NCBI GenBank assembly: GCA_963823665.1
Contig: CAWGMQ010000010.1
Location: 256,001 to 320,000, forward strand
DNA length: 64,000 nt
DNA from: an uncultured Planctomycetota bacterium
Lineage (GTDB): Bacteria; Planctomycetota; Planctomycetia; Isosphaerales; Isosphaeraceae
Reading direction: 5' to 3'
The notes beneath the pieces were generated by a model. That model did not search any database and had not been told where the DNA came from. It was given only the letters and a program-made list of their open reading frames with translations. Within the stretch, counting starts at the first letter, position 1. Every line of letters starts with the position of its first letter. This document shows, piece after piece, positions 21,653 to 32,077 of this stretch. The position numbers were made by a program, and so were the translations under genes.

Positions 21653-22516
21653 CTAGCCCGACTCGCCTTTTCCGCTGCCAGCCAGCCGCGCGGCCTGGTG
21701 TCGCAATGCGATACCGCGGCCAAGCCGCCAAAGCGCGAGGAAAGCGATGACGCCGCCCAGCGCCGGTAACCGTGCACGATTGTGGTCCGGCGGTCCAGCA
21801 TTTCGGCCGCGCTGTTGAGGGTTTTCGATGAATTGGACCACACCGATGGCAAGAATGGGCACTCCGGCCAGCAACCCGATCACGCCAGTCACCAGATCTC
21901 GCCGCGCCTTGATTCGAATCGGCCGGGCGACGTCACTTCCGCACTCGAGTCGTGTCTGCTTCCGATAACTGTCGATCTCTCGAATCAGAGGCTTGGGCGC
22001 CAGGAACCAGTAACAGGGAATCTCCGCGGCTCCCCATCGTGTGATTTTCTTGGCTGCCTCGAAGATCTCCCCTGTCGAAACATCGTGTAGGTCGTCTTCG
22101 GGCGGAGACCACTCGTCTGTCGCCACGCCGAGGTGCTCGCCGCTGACGAATCCGGGCAATCGAATGCCCAACTCGGCCCAGCTCCGCGCAAAGCGGCTTG
22201 CACGCGAACCGTCCGGGCGGATCAGTTCGCAATGGGTCTTGCCCAGGACGAGCTGCCAGATCTCGTCTCGACCTCCGATTTCGGCATGAATCAATCGATA
22301 CGTCGGTTCCAGGGCGTCGATGACCCGGAAATCCGGAAGGTCTTTCCGTTTCCTCTCCCGGAGGAACAGCGACACGATGGAGCCGAGCACGCACACGACC
22401 GCCAGGATCCACATGGCCCGCTCGCTCGGCCCGCCAAACGCCACGGCGACCCAGACGCAAAGAGCGGCACATATGGTCATCGAGGTGGCGAAGATAATTC
22501 GAGAAGGAAGGCTCAT
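21653..22516 (-). CDS. Hypothetical membrane protein
   Basis: Four predicted TM segments flanking a soluble core. Confidence 0.6.
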   Translation of the reverse strand: MSLPSRIIFATSMTICAALCVWVAVAFGGPSERAMWILAVVCVLGSIVSLFLRERKRKDLPDFRVIDALEPTYRLIHAEIGGRDEIWQLVLGKTHCELIRPDGSRASRFARSWAELGIRLPGFVSGEHLGVATDEWSPPEDDLHDVSTGEIFEAAKKITRWGAAEIPCYWFLAPKPLIREIDSYRKQTRLECGSDVARPIRIKARRDLVTGVIGLLAGVPILAIGVVQFIENPQQRGRNAGPPDHNRARLPALGGVIAFLALWRLGRGIALRHQAARLAGSGKGESG

Positions 22517-22684
22517 CGCGTTGACAACCCCGTGATTTCCCCGTAAGACCCATCTCAGTGAAAAAGGCGACGCGAACGCGAAAACAGCCCATCGAAGCGA
22601 CGCCTCCGGCGTCTCTTCCATTAGAATCTAACCACCGCCCGGGAACGATGGTCAGCCGTCCCCACGCCGCTGAGGGAACATTTG

Positions 22685-24097
22685 ATGCCCGAGCGCCGGT
22701 TGAGCTTGCTCCAGGCCGTCAGCCTCAACATGTCGATGATGGTCGGGACCGGCATCTTCATCACGCTGCCGGACCTCATGAAAACTCTCCACGGCCCCCA
22801 GGCGATGATCGGCTGGGTTCTGGGGGGATTGATCGCCCTGGCCGACGGCATGGTCTGGAGCGAGCTGGCCGCTGCGTTTCCGGGGTCGGGCGGCACGTAT
22901 CACTTTTATGACGCCGCTTACGGTCAGTCGCGGGTGGGTCGAATTCTCAAGTTCCTGTTCGTCTGGCAGTTCTTCTTCAGCGGTCCGCTCGAGATCGCCA
23001 CCGGGGCGATCGGCATGGTCAAGTACCTCGGGTACTTCGTGCCGATCCTGCGGGCACCCGTCTGGAATTGGGGGCAGATCCTTCCCGGAGTCAACGCACC
23101 GGTGACCCTTGGCCAGGTGGGTGCGATGGGCGTGATGCTGCTCGTCACGGTGCTCGCCTATCGCCGGATCTCGGTTGCGGCGCGAATGATGGTTGTGCTG
23201 TGGGTGGGGATGCTGATCACGGTGGTTTTGATCATTGCCGCCGGTTTCACGCACTGGAGCGCCGCACTGGCTTTTGATTTCCCGGAAGGGGCGTTCCACG
23301 TCGATCAGCGGTCAGCCATGGGACTGGGCGCGGCACTCTCGATCGCCATGTACAACTACTTCGGCTACTACCAGGTCTGCTACCTCGCCGACGAAGTCGC
23401 GGTTCCTGCCCGGACGATTCCGCGCTCAATCTTGATCTCGGTGCTGCTCGTCGCCTTCATGTACGTGGCGATGAACCTCGCCATTCTGGGTGTGATACCC
23501 TGGCGCGCCGTGATCGAGTCGCACCACATCGCCAGCGACCTGGTGCTCCAGGTTTACGGCTCGTGGGCGGCCCGGCTGGCGACGTTGCTCATCGTCTGGA
23601 CCGCCTTCGCGTCGGTGTTTGCCGCGATGCTGGGATATAGCCGGATCCCGTTCGCGGCGGCGCGGGCCGGTGATTTCTTCAGGGCATTCGGCAAGCTCCA
23701 TCCCGTGGGCGGGTTTCCGCACCGTTCCCTGGTCTTGATCGGCGGTCTGGCGGCGCTGGCGTGCCTCGCCGAGCTCGAGACCGTCATCGAAGCCCTGGTG
23801 GCGGCGAGAATCCCGATGCAGTTCCTCGCGCAGATCATCACGGTGTTTTATCTTCGGTCGAAGTGGAAAGGGCGTCCGGCGACCTTCGGGATGCCCCTCT
23901 ACCCGCTGCCGGCGGTCGTGGCACTGGTCGGGTGGCTCTTCGTCTTCTGGACTCGAACGCCGGTCGTCATCGCCTTCAGCCTGGGTTCGCTCGTGGCGGG
24001 CGTGGCGGCGTTCTTCATTTGGGACCAGGCAGCGCGGCGTATGGACAAACGTTCTGGAACCGCGGGTTCGCTTGCTTCTGAAACGGGCACGGAGTAA
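22685..24097 (+). CDS. APC family amino acid permease
   Basis: MVGTGIF, ELAAAFPGSGG, about 12 TM segments, YSRIPFAAAR. Confidence 0.9.
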   Translation: MPERRLSLLQAVSLNMSMMVGTGIFITLPDLMKTLHGPQAMIGWVLGGLIALADGMVWSELAAAFPGSGGTYHFYDAAYGQSRVGRILKFLFVWQFFFSGPLEIATGAIGMVKYLGYFVPILRAPVWNWGQILPGVNAPVTLGQVGAMGVMLLVTVLAYRRISVAARMMVVLWVGMLITVVLIIAAGFTHWSAALAFDFPEGAFHVDQRSAMGLGAALSIAMYNYFGYYQVCYLADEVAVPARTIPRSILISVLLVAFMYVAMNLAILGVIPWRAVIESHHIASDLVLQVYGSWAARLATLLIVWTAFASVFAAMLGYSRIPFAAARAGDFFRAFGKLHPVGGFPHRSLVLIGGLAALACLAELETVIEALVAARIPMQFLAQIITVFYLRSKWKGRPATFGMPLYPLPAVVALVGWLFVFWTRTPVVIAFSLGSLVAGVAAFFIWDQAARRMDKRSGTAGSLASETGTE

Positions 24098-24211
24098 CAT
24101 CGGCGTACCGAGAATTTACGGGTGACATGGGATTGCGGATGGCGGGCCGGCCGGAATCTCCCGTGGGTCGAATGCGATGCCGGCTCTTTCCAGGTAATGC
24201 TTGAGGAAACG

Positions 24212-24412
24212 ATGTCGCTTGACAAGAGTTTGAAGAAGGGCGGAAGCCTGGCGCAGGCGCGCAACGTTTTGACACGTGCCGAGCGGATGGCCTTGTTGCA
24301 AGAAGACGACCGCTGGAACCCCGAGAAGGGCGTGTACAACCTGCCCAAGACGAAGTACCGCCGCCTGGCTCCTGGTCAATCCGGCCCGAAGAGGCCGGCG
24401 CCAAAAGGTTGA
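24212..24412 (+). CDS. PVC superphylum 'small basic protein'
   Basis: MSLDKSLK...RNVLTRAER...LPK signature; GAGG RBS. Confidence 0.85.
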   Translation: MSLDKSLKKGGSLAQARNVLTRAERMALLQEDDRWNPEKGVYNLPKTKYRRLAPGQSGPKRPAPKG

Positions 24413-24463
24413 AGCTGCCGGGGCGGCGCAGTGCCGTCTCGTCTTGTCGTGCCCGGTCCTGTC

Positions 24464-24751
24464 CTAGCGGTCGGTGGGAACCTCGTTGATCAGTGCGGCG
24501 AGCGTGAAATCGCGATCGGTGAGACCGCCAGCATCGTGAGTGGAGAGTTCCATTCGAACGTTGCGATAGCTGACGATCATGTCCGGGTGGTGATCGGCCT
24601 TGTCACTGATGGCCGCCACTTGATTCACAAACTCCATCGCGCGGCGGAACGACGGGAATTGCCACGAGCGGACGAGCATGTCTCCGTGCCGTTCCCAATC
24701 CTTGGCCTTCGGCAGTCGTTCGAGGATCTCGGTTTCGCTGAGCTTCTGCAT
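24464..24751 (-). CDS. phhB: Pterin-4-alpha-carbinolamine dehydratase
   Basis: DHHPD, LSTHDAGGLTDRDF. Confidence 0.92.
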   Translation of the reverse strand: MQKLSETEILERLPKAKDWERHGDMLVRSWQFPSFRRAMEFVNQVAAISDKADHHPDMIVSYRNVRMELSTHDAGGLTDRDFTLAALINEVPTDR

Positions 24752-24994
24752 GAGAGCACCTTGGTCGGGCCTGGGTCAAGCGCGGGTTCGAGCGGTCGAA
24801 ATTTGAACCACCGCAAACTCCCGCGCCGGACGCACTGGCTTCCAAAATGTATTATTTCGTTCGACGCCAATCGGGCACAAGGGTCGTTCGGGCGGGCTGG
24901 CCGCCGGACGAGTCGAGCAGCTTTCGCGGCGCATTGCCGGGAATGAACAAATGACGCGCGGGCTGGCCGGGGCAGGTGCGGCAAGGCGAACGAC

Positions 24995-25858
24995 ATGACG
25001 ATCACGCTCGTTGCGACTTGCGTGGCCGTGCTGGTGGCCAGCGTCCTGGGTGGGATCGTTCCGCTGGCGACGGTGCTGAACCACACCCGGCTGCAAGTTT
25101 ACCTCAGTTTTTCGGCCGGGACGATGCTGGGCGCGGCATTCTTCCACATGATGCCGGAAGCCGTGCGGGTCGGTTCGGCCGCGACGATTCCGTGGGCGGC
25201 GGCGGGTCTGCTGGCGCTCTTCTTTCTGGAGCGGTTCTTCTCATTTCACCACCACGAGTCGCAAGAGCGTGCGACCCACTCTCATCACGCCGGCCACAAT
25301 CGTCACGAACCGCGCGAGCATTCGCTTCATTTACATTCGGAAGCGTCGACTGCGCATACACCGGCTGGGGCCGGCCATGCACTCGCGTGGGCACCCGCGG
25401 CTTTTGGTCTGGCGGTTCATTCCCTGGTGGGCGGCGTGGCTCTGGCCAGCGCCGTCGCTGCGGATTTCCAGGAACATCGTGGCCTCGGTGAAGCGGGAAT
25501 TGGCGTGTTGCTGGCCACTCTGGTGCACAAGCCGGCCGATGCGCTGACGATCTCGACGCTGATGGTGCGGGGCGGATCGGCCCGCTGGTTTGTCCATCTG
25601 GTCAATCTGGGATTCGGGTTGATGATCCCGCTCGGCGTGGCTCTCTTCGTGATCGGTATGTCGGAATTCACACCCGGCGCGGCGGCGTCATTTGCGGCCG
25701 GAGCACTTTCCTTCTCCGCCGGCACGTTTCTGTGCATTGCGCTTTCGGACCTGCTTCCGGAGCTTCAATTCCACTCGCACGATCGGCTCAAGTTATCAGT
25801 GGCGTTGCTCGTCGGGGTGGTGTTGATGGGGGCGACGGCGATCTTGTCGCCCGGGTAG
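24995..25858 (+). CDS. ZIP family metal transporter
   Basis: SFSAGTMLG..FFHMMPEA, His-rich loop, VHS, VHKPAD, DLLPEL. Confidence 0.88.
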   Translation: MTITLVATCVAVLVASVLGGIVPLATVLNHTRLQVYLSFSAGTMLGAAFFHMMPEAVRVGSAATIPWAAAGLLALFFLERFFSFHHHESQERATHSHHAGHNRHEPREHSLHLHSEASTAHTPAGAGHALAWAPAAFGLAVHSLVGGVALASAVAADFQEHRGLGEAGIGVLLATLVHKPADALTISTLMVRGGSARWFVHLVNLGFGLMIPLGVALFVIGMSEFTPGAAASFAAGALSFSAGTFLCIALSDLLPELQFHSHDRLKLSVALLVGVVLMGATAILSPG

Positions 25859-26042
25859 ACGAGGGCGGATGCGGCGAGACGAAAACACCAAGACTCGTTG
25901 CGATAAGAGATGGTGAACATCGGCGAAACGTCGTGGTTATATTGCGACCGCTCGAACGACGCGCTGGTGGAGATGGCGACGCCCCATCTGGTAGAATACC
26001 ACCTCAACGATTTGGCCATCGAGTGCGACCACGGATCCAGGA

Positions 26043-26395
26043 ATGGCGAACATGGATCAAACCATTAGGTACCCCGCGCTCACTGAGGGGCTGCTCAGCG
26101 AAGTAGTACAGCGCGTGCTTAAGGTAGGATCGCCGCACAAGATCGTGCTCTTCGGTTCGCACGCGCGCGGGGACGCGCGCCGGATAGTGACCTAGACCTG
26201 CTCATTCTTGAAGATTCGGAGCTGCCGAGGTATCAGCGAAGTCCACGCTATTACCATGCATTGGCGGGGGTTTTCCCAGCCAAGGATATTCTGGTATACA
26301 CGCCCGACGAGGTCAAAGTGTGGTGCGACGTTCCGAACGCGTTTGTGACGACCGCGCTGCGCGAAGGAAGGGTATTGTATGGCGACGCCGGCTGA
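26043..26395 (+). CDS. Minimal nucleotidyltransferase (MNT) antitoxin, frameshifted near 26180; absent from the ORF track
   Basis: Manual translation: KIVLFGSHARGDAR / PDSDLDLLIL...DILVYTPDE...REGRVLY; overlaps the HEPN gene. Confidence 0.85.
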
Positions 26396-26777
26396 CCTGG
26401 CGCGAGGGTGGATGCAGAAAGGGGATAGCGACCGTCTCAATGCCGACCGTACCACGCAGACGCCCGGCCCTTATGACACCGCGTGCTTCCATGCCCAGCA
26501 AGCCGTAGAGAAATACCTCAAAGCGGTGCTCGCTTTTTCGGGGTCGCCGATCCTTCGCACGCATGACCTGGAAGACATTGACAATTCGTGTCTCGCCGTT
26601 GCGCCTGCGCTCGTGCTTGACCGCATGGAGTTGTCGACACTCACGCCGTACGCAGTGCAACTCCGCTATGATATGGGCTTCTGGCCAGACCAAGCGACGG
26701 CGCATGAGGCGCTCGCAACGGCTGATCGAGTACGCGCAACGGTGCTTTCGGTCCTGCCGCCTTCAGCGCACCCTTGA
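26379..26777 (+). CDS. HEPN domain protein
   Basis: CFHAQQAVEKYLKA, RTHDL, LTPYAVQLRY. Confidence 0.9.
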   Translation: MATPADLARGWMQKGDSDRLNADRTTQTPGPYDTACFHAQQAVEKYLKAVLAFSGSPILRTHDLEDIDNSCLAVAPALVLDRMELSTLTPYAVQLRYDMGFWPDQATAHEALATADRVRATVLSVLPPSAHP

Positions 26778-26936
26778 AGGCTTTGCAGTCGCTGGTCAAT
26801 TCCAGGCCGGTCGGCAGGACATCAGATCGCGCGTCGGAATGTGAATCGCAGGAGCAAGGAATCATAATGGAACCAGCGCGCATTCTGCGGACACTACTGC
26901 AGGAATCGCACAAGACCTCCTGTACGATTGGTTGTC

Positions 26937-29074
26937 ATGGCAAAAGCTCGAACGAGATGCCGTTACGCTCACACGCTGTTCAACCTCGGGTCGTTCGGTG
27001 CCTTGCCCGACGGTGAGCTACTGAGCCTGTTCGCTTCGCGGCGCGATGAAGCCGGGGAACTGGCATTTGCCGTACTCGTCGAGCGCCATGGGCCGATGGT
27101 CCATCGTGTGTGCCGGTCAATTCTACGCGACGAGCATGACGCCCAGGACGCTGTGCAAGCGACATTCCTGGTGCTCGTGCGCCGCGGCGGCACAGTACGT
27201 AATCGGGGCTCGATCGGAAGCTGGCTGCACGGAGTGGCGCTTCGGGTGGCCTCGTGCGCCAGGGTTTCGGCCGGCCGGCGATGGGCGCGCGAACGCCGGG
27301 CCGCTGCACTCGTGCCGGCGGAGTCGATGGGAGCAATGAGCGAATCCGGCCTCACTGAAGCGCTTCACGAAGAGCTTGAGCGTCTGCCGGAGCGTCATCG
27401 GGCGGCAATCGTGCTCTGCTACCTCGAGGGCCTACCTTGCGACACCGCGGCGAGCCGGCTCGGCGTGCCAGTGGGCACGGTCAAAAGCCGGCTGGCGCGG
27501 GGCCGGGAGCGTCTGCGAGACCAATTGATCCGCCGCGGATTTGCGCCATCCGCGGGGTTGTTCTCGCCTGCGGGATGGCTGGACGGTCCATCGCCCGGGC
27601 TTCCGGCTGGTGCTGTGGAATCGATCGCCCGAACGGCTGTCGCCTTTGCCGCGGGAGATGAGGCGAGCCTGGGGGCCGTCTCCTCCTGGATTGCTTACAT
27701 CGCTAAACGGGTGCTGTTCAGCATGTCCTTGCGCGCGCTGGCGCGGGCTGCGGGTGTGGTGCTCACCGTCGTGGTTGCATCGATCGGCCTGACGGCGTTT
27801 GCGCAGAGGACTTCAGCCGATCGTGCCACAACACAGGCCGCCGGCAGGAACGAAGCGTCGCGCGAACCTGCCCCGGCGCGCGTTGAACCGGAGTCGGTAA
27901 TCAAGCAGGCGCTCCGCGCGGCGGACGAGATTCCGGTTCCCTGGACGAAGGCGTACGCACTGGCCGATATCGGGGCGATCCAGGCGAAATTCGGGCAGGC
28001 TGAGCCAGCGCGGGCGACCTTTCGCCGCGCGGCTGAGATCATCGAGGGAAATCGCGGCAACCAGTCTTTGCACACCACGCAGCTCGCGTGGCTGGCCAAG
28101 GCGCAGGCGGCCGGGGGTGATCGCGCGGGCGCTCGGGCGACGATCGTCAAGATCATCGAGAGCGCCGGGCTCATCGGCGACGCGGCGAACCGCGACCGAG
28201 CGATTGACAACGCCGCGCGATGGCAGGCCCAGGCAGGCAACCCGGAGGGTGCACTCGCGCTACACGAGGCGATCAAGGACGCGCCGGCATGGATGCGAGC
28301 GTTTACCTTGTCCGAGATCGGTGGGGCGCAGGCCGGGGCGGGCGACTTGGCCGGTGCCCGCGCGACGATGGCGCGCGCACTGACAGCGGCCGAGCGCGCG
28401 GAAAACGAACCAGGCGCGAACAACCATGATGCCATTCGCGCGCTCGACGCCATGCGGCTTGCCCATGTGCGCGGGATCGCGCCGTTTGCCAGGGCGGAGG
28501 CGAAGACCGGGGACGTGAAGGAGGCTCGCGCCACGCTCGCGCGGGCTCGGATTGTCGCCGCTCGCGTGCGCGACCAGTGGCGGCCGGCTCCGCTGGCCGA
28601 GATCGCGATGGCTTATCGTGTCGCCGGTGATGCGAAGGCCGCGGACGAGGCACTGAAATCGGCCGTCGCAATCGCGATGGGATTCGCGGAGCCAGGACAG
28701 CGGATCGAACAGTTGCGCGCGTGGCGATCATCCAGGCGGAAGCCGGTGACCGAAAGGCGGGGCGCGAAACTTATGATCAAGCCTTATGGATCGCCGCGCA
28801 GAACCCGCCGGCGCCGGGCAGTCTAGCTTACCAGTGCCTTTCGGGTGCAAAGGCGCGCGTGGGAGATTGGTCCGGGGCGCGGGAGTTCGCATTGGGACAG
28901 ACTGATTCGTTCCTCAGGGCGACGCACGCGGAGGGGGCATGCTTTGAGCAGTCGAAGGCGGGCGAAACTCGCGATGCGCTCGCATGGGCTCTCGGGCAGT
29001 CCGATCCGATCAATCGGGCGCGGGCGTTGCTTGGGGTCGTCCGTGGGATGATGGAGCAGAAGCAAATAAAATAG
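26937..29074 (+). CDS. ECF sigma factor with TM segment and helical-repeat C-terminal extension, frameshifted near 28715
   Basis: DGELLSLF, AFAVLVERHGPMV, DAVQATFLVL, LCYLEGL, GTVKSRLARGR; continues in ORF 28721..29074. Confidence 0.88.
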
Positions 29075-29203
29075 TCGTGGCCACTCGAGCCGGGTCGAGC
29101 GATCGCGCAAGCCATTTGATAAAGAAAAACGCACTTTCGCGGAGCGAAAGGCGACTTTGTTTCGCTGTCGAACGCAGACCGACTTGACCTCTGCGCGGGC
29201 GGC

Positions 29204-29830
29204 TCAGGTTACCCACCATCGAATCAAAAGCGTGCAAATCAATAGCAGCACGAGAGCGACGCCTAGCCCCAGGGCGATACGCTGCCGACTGCTTAACCCG
29301 CGGCGCAGTGAGGCGAAGTCGGTCTTCAACTGTTTGAGCGTCCGCTCGAGCTCGGCGTCGTTGGCGGCCGCGTGCCAGAGGTGAACGTAAGCACGCATCC
29401 GTTCCCTCCACGCGTCTTGAAGCACGCGCCGCTCGGCTTGATATCCGGCGGGGTCAGGGTGCTTCGAATCAGACGGAAGGTCGAGCTGCTCGAGCGTCCG
29501 GTCGTGCGTGCAGCCGTCTTCGGCAGACAGCAGCCAAACCGGCTTGTTGCGGCGACGGGCGTAGAGTAGCTCGTACTGGGTGTAAGAGACACGCTCGAAC
29601 TCGGGATCGGGCGCCGGCGGCTCAGCGCCGTAGGCTCGGCCGATGATCTGAATGAGGCCCTGACACGGGTCAATCTGGAGGCGGATCACTTCCTTCAAGT
29701 CACCGGACTCCGTGCCAAGAAAATCATGCCAGACCGGCTCGTAGCCCATTCGGCGCAAAACCTTCGCCGCGAGTTGCCGGATCGACCCCAGCTCGGACGG
29801 CACCGTCGAAAGATAGATTCGGGGTTTCAC
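29204..29830 (-). CDS. DUF4062 domain protein with C-terminal TM helix
   Basis: RIYLSTVPSEL..R, IIGRAYG, SYTQYELLYA; hydrophobic C-terminus. The N-terminal extension in the ORF track is antisense to the LRR gene. Confidence 0.75.
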   Translation of the reverse strand: MKPRIYLSTVPSELGSIRQLAAKVLRRMGYEPVWHDFLGTESGDLKEVIRLQIDPCQGLIQIIGRAYGAEPPAPDPEFERVSYTQYELLYARRRNKPVWLLSAEDGCTHDRTLEQLDLPSDSKHPDPAGYQAERRVLQDAWRERMRAYVHLWHAAANDAELERTLKQLKTDFASLRRGLSSRQRIALGLGVALVLLLICTLLIRWWVT

Positions 29831-29980
29831 CGGGGACCTCGGAACAACAGGAACGAGTCTTGATTGATTATAGTCAGTTGTAAGAGCGGACGGTTTGCAA
29901 TGCCGAACCCTACATAGAGCATGGGATTTCTCGCGGCGTATACTCCCTGGCGCGTTGATTTTTGTGGCGAGCGACGAATC

Positions 29981-31204
29981 GTGTCTACACCTGGAAGCGT
30001 GAAGCCGCGCCGCGGTCGCTTTGCTATCAGCTTGCGGGGGCTGATTCTGGTTGTCCTGATCCTGGGCGGCTGGATGGGGTGGATCATCAACCGGGCCGAG
30101 TCGCGTCGTAGCGCGGTCGCCGCGCTCAAGAAGAACGGGGCGATCGCGCTCTACGACTACGAGAGCATGCGCGGGATCAAGACGCCGACGTCGCGGCCGT
30201 GGGCGCCGGGCTGGCTGCGGAGCAGCCTCGGGGACGACTATTTTCAAAGTGTGACGTACGTCAACATGACGCCGGCCGTCGGCCACGACTATCAGCTCGT
30301 TGATCGCGACTTCGCGCCCCTTGCAGCGCTCGACCGGCTTGAAGAGCTCGTCGTCCTTGACACTCCGCTCACCGATGCGGGGCTTGCGCATTTAGAAGGA
30401 CTGACCGATCTCAGACGACTGATCCTTATCAATTTGGACCCGGCCAAGCCCAAGATGCGGTTGACCGACGCGGGCGTTGCGCGGCTGCGAGGGATGACCA
30501 AGCTTCATACGTTGGACCTGACCGGCGCGAGCATAAGCGATGGCGGGCTCGAGGCTCTTCGGCGGATGACCGACCTTGAATCACTCGGCCTCCGAAGCAC
30601 CAAGATCACCGGCCCAGGGTTGGTTCACTTGCACGGGATGACGCATCTCAAGGCGCTTCGTGTGAGCCGCACGCCACTCACCGATGCCGGGTTGGCACAA
30701 CTGAGCGACATGGTGAGCCTCGAGGAATTGAGGATCGACGCGACGAATACGACGGACGCGGGTCTCAAGCATCTGGTGCGGCTCACGGCGCTTCGCAGGT
30801 TAGACCTGGGGCTGGAGAACAGCTCGGACTCCGGGCTCGCACACCTGGCAGGTTTGACGAATCTGCAGGTGCTCGAGCTCAGTGGCGAGCGCGTGACCGA
30901 TGTCGGGATGGTGCATCTGTACGGGCGCAAAAACATGACGGAGCTCTACATGATCGACTCGAGGGTCACTGACGCGGGGCTCGTTCATCTAGAAGGCTTG
31001 GACAAGCTCACATCGCTCGCGGTCGTCGGTGCGCGTGGAGTGACGGATGCCGGGCTGGCTCACTTTCGCGGGATGAGCCAGCTCAAGGAACTGCACGTAA
31101 GCGGCACAAGTGTGACCGACGATGGATTGGAAGAGTTCTACGCGGCGATGCCGGCGGTCCGCCGGACTGCGAAGAGGCAAGTAAAGAGTGTCGCGGGGAA
31201 ATGA
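29981..31204 (+). CDS. Leucine-rich repeat protein with N-terminal TM (planctomycete type)
   Basis: About eleven 24-aa repeats TDAGLAHL.GL..L..L.L; FAISLRGLILVV N-terminus. Confidence 0.9.
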   Translation: MSTPGSVKPRRGRFAISLRGLILVVLILGGWMGWIINRAESRRSAVAALKKNGAIALYDYESMRGIKTPTSRPWAPGWLRSSLGDDYFQSVTYVNMTPAVGHDYQLVDRDFAPLAALDRLEELVVLDTPLTDAGLAHLEGLTDLRRLILINLDPAKPKMRLTDAGVARLRGMTKLHTLDLTGASISDGGLEALRRMTDLESLGLRSTKITGPGLVHLHGMTHLKALRVSRTPLTDAGLAQLSDMVSLEELRIDATNTTDAGLKHLVRLTALRRLDLGLENSSDSGLAHLAGLTNLQVLELSGERVTDVGMVHLYGRKNMTELYMIDSRVTDAGLVHLEGLDKLTSLAVVGARGVTDAGLAHFRGMSQLKELHVSGTSVTDDGLEEFYAAMPAVRRTAKRQVKSVAGK

Positions 31205-31231
31205 TGGCTTCTGGTGCGGTGGCTGTCCGGC

Positions 31232-31870
31232 TTATTTCGAAGTCGCAGGCGTGGGGTTGGATGTGGGTTGCGCGGCTGCGTGGGGCTTGTCCTTGGCAAC
31301 CTCGAGCACTGCGGCGGCTTCTTCGCGGAAGCGCTGGAGCTCCCGGTTGTTGGGATCGCGCTGACGCATCCATTCGATGGCTTTCGCATACCACTTCGCT
31401 GCCTCGTCATGCTGGCCGAGCCGCGCGTGGGCCATCGCGAGGAAAAAAGCATTGTGGCTTTCGACGTCACTGGACTTTTCGCTGAGGGCGAGCGTCTGGA
31501 TCGCGCCTGCAAAGTCGCCCGTGCGATAGCGCGCGATGCTCAGCGTGTTCGCCTGACCGGTGTTCTTCGGCTCTGCCGCCACGGCCAAGCTCGTTGATCA
31601 GGCGATATCGCTCTTGAAGCACGGTGCCTGGCTTGAAGTCGTCGAAGACTCTCTTGAGCGCCTCCGGCTCGAGGGCGAGGTGGCGCGGTCTCCATTGCCG
31701 CCACCGCGCGCAACGATGTACGAGACGGTTGCCTTGGGATCATTGAGCGTTGCGGCTGCCTTCAGTTTCGAAAACCAAGGCGTTCGATCCGGGGGGATCG
31801 TTGCCTTCTCGGCGATCGAGGTTGATGCATCGTCTTTGAATGGCTCGGTGGCTGTGTTTGCAACGGGCAA
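31232..31870 (-). pseudogene. Ser/Thr protein kinase-TPR gene remnant with the kinase body deleted
   Basis: PGTVLQERYRLINELGRGG (kinase subdomain I) is joined at 31575-31586 to a TPR tail FFLAMAHARLGQHDEAAKWY...EEAAAVL. Confidence 0.75.
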
Positions 31871-32077
31871 GGAGGCTCGCCTCCGCTCAATGCAATGCGA
31901 AACCGAAAATCGTGTAGCACGATCGGATTTATCCTGGTGGAAAACGCGCGTGCACACCACCTTGACAGGCAGGGTGCAAGGTGGAATGCGGAAGGCTGAG
32001 CCTTGTCTCCGATCGCCGCGCGGGCTGGCCTTCGCTCGCTAGCGTTCGACTGCCGACGTGATCGCGTCCGACGAGGA

